A stretch of DNA of 54,132 nucleotides from Rhizaria sp. SCN 62-66 (lineage: Eukaryota): NCBI GenBank assembly GCA_001724265.1, contig MEDY01000193.1, positions 1 to 54,132 on the forward strand, written 5' to 3'. The position numbers were made by a program, and so were the translations under genes. The notes beneath the pieces are model-generated. The model saw only the letters and a list, made by a program, of their open reading frames with translations. It searched no databases and had not been told where the DNA came from. Below are positions 49,184-54,132 of the stretch, in pieces. How positions within the stretch are numbered: position 1 is the stretch's first letter; each line of letters opens with the position of its first letter.

Positions 49184-49651
49184 GTTCTCTTTTGAGCGCG
49201 CTAAGTACCGAGCACGTACCCCCTTAGACTGAGACGTGACGTCTTCGAGGTGGAGATTTGTTGTCACCTCAGCTCTTAAGCTTAAGTGTGATTCAGATAC
49301 AAGAAGTTTGTTCTGTTGATATATATTTTACTCGAGAGTGTTTCAAGTTATATTTTGTTATGAGCTGTATGCTATAAATGTATTTGATGCAAAGTTAATG
49401 TTTATCGAATATAAAGCCCGAATGAATTCCTCATTTATTATTAAGTTTGCTTACTCTGATCTTACTCTGATCTGACTTGTTCACATCCACTGTTCGTGAT
49501 TGATTTAAAGCTCGTGTTTTAGTGGCATATCTAGGTCCTAAATTGGAATATAATAAAATCAGTAAGTGTATTCTTCTGTCTAAGTATCGAGATATAAGTA
49601 TCTTTGTAAAAGTATAATCAAGTTCGCGACAGTAGCTGAACTACATTAGCT

Positions 49652-50561
49652 TTAGTAATAATAGTGCTGTTGCTGTTGCTGCTGCTCTTGCTCTTGCTGC
49701 AGCTATTGTTGTTGCTGCAACAGCGACAACACCCCTTTAGCCCGGCTAAGTGTTTCTTCCTGCTGCTGTACGACCCGCAGCAGCAGCGCCTCCTGGTGTC
49801 GCTGCTGCTCACGGTCACTGCCAGCGGTGTTGACAGCGAAAGTGCGGCTATCCCCCACAGGAAACGGCGACTGCGCCTGCGAATGTGGGCTACTGCTGCT
49901 CAAAATCTGTGGCGGCGGCTGAGAGCACAGCTGCGACAGCGACAGCGACGGCTGCTGCTACTGCTGCTGCTGTTGTTGTTGCTGTTGTGAATCATAGCTG
50001 TTGTAACTGTTGTTGTTGTAAGGGGCTTGCGGCGTCTGATGATACCTGCAGTTGCCTCCGCGTAAGTACGACATCGGGGGCTGTAAGGGTGCCGCGTACT
50101 TAGCCGTCGGGTTCAGGGGGTACTTAGACTCCGGGTAAGGGTGCTGGCTGTGTGCGACGCCGCAGCTCGCACGACTGTGAGCGCCTGAGAACCCCTGGGC
50201 AACACGTGAGTGACCGTGAACAGCAGCAGCAGCAGCAGCAGTACCACCACCATAGCTGTTGTTGTTCTGCGAAGTACTTACATCGGTGTAAGTGTCTCCG
50301 TCGGAGAACATTGTGGGGTAGAACACGTAACGGCCAGTGCTGTAATCAACGTAGCCGCTGTTGCTGTCACTGCTGCTGCTGCCGCTGCTGCCGCTGCTGT
50401 AGCTGTTGTAGCCTTGATGGGAGCCCGCGTTAGAGCTGGCAACGGAGCTACTAATGGTGTTGTGCATGTGGCTCGTGCTGTTCGTGTTGTTGTTGCTGTT
50501 ATAGCTGTTATTTGATGACACTGGGAAAGGTCCGCGAGGTTGCGGCCTCTGCTGCCAAGAC

Positions 50562-50617
<56 letters not shown>

Positions 50618-50973
50618 ACTGCGACTGCTGCTCCTGTTGCTGCCTCCCGCGCCGCGGTTCGCGTAATCACGATTGCTGCTACCACTGCTAATGCGCGACC
50701 GGGCGGCCGCAGAGCCATAGCCAGAGGAGGGGCCAGGGTGGGGCTTGGAGCGGGACAGAGTGCTGGGAGTGTTTTCGATTGCGGCGAGGCGCTCGTAGTG
50801 CTTTTGCATGTTTTTGTACACCATGGTCTTGCCAGACACGCTATATAGCGACATGGGAGAGACACATAACGAGGCATTGCGTTAGTATTGAGCTGAAAGA
50901 GTAAAGAGAGAGAGAGTTTAGCAAGGCGATGAAGGGAAACGTACTTGTTCTTATCGGGAAGAAACAGAGGCAT
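49652..50973 (-). CDS. Gln/Ser-rich uncharacterised protein, ~405 aa, containing two in-frame TAG codons; exons 50973-50945, 50840-49652
   Basis: Exon 1 (MPLFLPDKN) is joined in frame to VSGKTMVYKNMQKHYERL by a GTACGT..TAG intron (50944-50841) containing TACTAAC. The same frame continues through TAG 49960-49958 and TAG 49705-49703 to TAA 49654-49652, after which the DNA becomes AT-rich. Confidence 0.68.
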
Positions 50974-51370
50974 TCTTCTCAACCCCTACTCGTATAATTG
51001 AAAAGGATAACAAGTGTCTCTTGCTTTTATTCCGAACTAGTCCTTGAATTCCCTTTGACGGACTTTTGAACGAATCGCTATTCAAAACGAAACAAATATA
51101 AGCTCACCTCACGATTCACTGCGCCACAGCAAACGCGTGTTTCATTTATCAAAGTTCATAAACGTACCTACACATCGTCGCTTGATATCAATTCTTTGAT
51201 ATTATCTGTATTATCACATAATTTTTCATAAAACATTCCAAAACAACAAACCACCATCATCAAACAACACAGCCAGTCATTTTCTTCTTCCAAGAAGCAG
51301 CATTAGATGCTGTTGCTAACGAATGAAGCTCTAGCTTGTTCGCTAGCTTCGCTTCGTCGCCGCAACACGC

Positions 51371-53298
<1,928 letters not shown>

Positions 53299-53837
53299 GG
53301 AGGGTAGAGTTCTGAGTTGGGTCAGCAGAGAGAAAAGCAAGGCAGTAGAGGGAAAAGATGAGCACTTGTGGAGTCATAAGTATGATATATAAAGCAATGC
53401 TTAAAATAAGCGCAGATTCTCATAAAGAGATCACTGTGAGTCGATGGGAAAGTGGCCTAATCAAAGAGGGAAATGGGCTGATTGATCTGTTTGACCCGTT
53501 GCTCTTTTTGTGGTCGGGGCTTTTCTGCGAACCGAAGTCGAAAATCCTATTTTGGCTCACGGTCATCGGCTGGCGGCGAGAGCTGGGCGTGAGAAGCGAG
53601 GCGATTTTGAGACGTCTTTCTCGTTCATTGTGTCCGCGTTTGTCAAATGTTGTCTTGCGATATAGACTGTCCTTGAGGTGGAGAATTTAGCTATGATACT
53701 CGCATTTCGCCTATGCCATGTTTTGTGCTCCAAGTACCTCTCTCGCACCTGCCGCTCACCCAGCCTTGTTTGCCTTTGCTCTCGCCTTCCATTTTGCCCC
53801 CCGTTTCCGTCCGATCTCGCCTCTCCCCCCCAGGTCG
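53299..53837. promoter_or_regulatory. Compact divergent promoter/5'UTR region between RPT3 and RPL26
   Basis: The two start codons are head-to-head and 539 bp apart, with pyrimidine-rich leaders on each sense strand. No specific element was identified. Confidence 0.55.
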
Positions 53838-54132
53838 ATGAAGGTATGTCTTTGCGTCTCTCTTACTCTTATGTCCGCATGATCCGCGCCTCTATGTGCC
53901 CTCTTCTTCCCTCCTTAGGTCCTGCCAAACCTTGCTCCCCGACCCAACACTTCGCTCACCACTCTCTCTCTCTTTACGCTCCTGCCTTTCGACTCTCTCT
54001 TTTTTTTGTGTGTTTCGCTTACTACCGGCACTAACAGTACAACAAGGCCGTGTCCTCCAACGTGAGCAAGCTCCGCAAGGCGCACTTCACTGCCCCCTCC
54101 TCGGAGCGCCGCATCATCATGTCTGCGCCCCT
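53838..54132 (+). CDS. RPL26: 60S ribosomal protein L26 (uL24), 3'-truncated; exons 53838-53843, 54038->54132
   Basis: ATG AAG | GTATGT intron (53844-54037, ending ACTAACAG) | YNKAVSSNVSKLRKAHFTAPSSERRIIMSAP. It is not in the ORF track. Confidence 0.93.

Noticed and set aside
45465-49471. Short non-coding tandem duplications (TTGCTCGATACTGG x2 at 45465; CTTACTCTGAT x2 at 49450)
   Set aside because: Two-copy slippage-type duplications with no spacers, terminal repeats or transposase, so neither CRISPR nor a mobile element.
30838-50129. CCCCTTA/TAAGGGG as interstitial telomeric repeat
   Set aside because: It is never tandemly arrayed and is better treated as part of the dispersed motif reported above.

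Overview
This is eukaryotic nuclear DNA, most likely from a flagellated protist (IFT80 is present). Exons are very GC-rich. The 20 GT-AG introns (104-359 nt) and the intergenic spacers are AT-rich. Twelve protein-coding genes can be modelled: a giant 5'-truncated CABLES-like cyclin-box protein, a prion-like low-complexity protein, a SNF1/AMPK-family kinase, IFT80, DMAP1/SWC4, LMBRD1, an EML/EMAP protein, an STK32-like AGC kinase, VPS33, a Gln-rich orphan, proteasome RPT3 and the start of RPL26. The main observation is that UAG appears to be a sense codon. Three in-frame TAGs lie inside coding sequence, two of them in poly-Gln tracts, and all 11 complete gene ends use TAA (7) or TGA (4). Other notable signals: (1) a dispersed, frame-independent DNA motif family (GTCTAAGTACC / GTACCCCCTTAGAC / TAAGCCG), often spaced 21 bp apart; (2) splice donors that never have A at +4 (15 of 20 are GTACG), while GTAAGT is common inside exons; (3) conserved domains split by very large low-complexity insertions. 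All gene identities come from manual motif recognition, not database searches.
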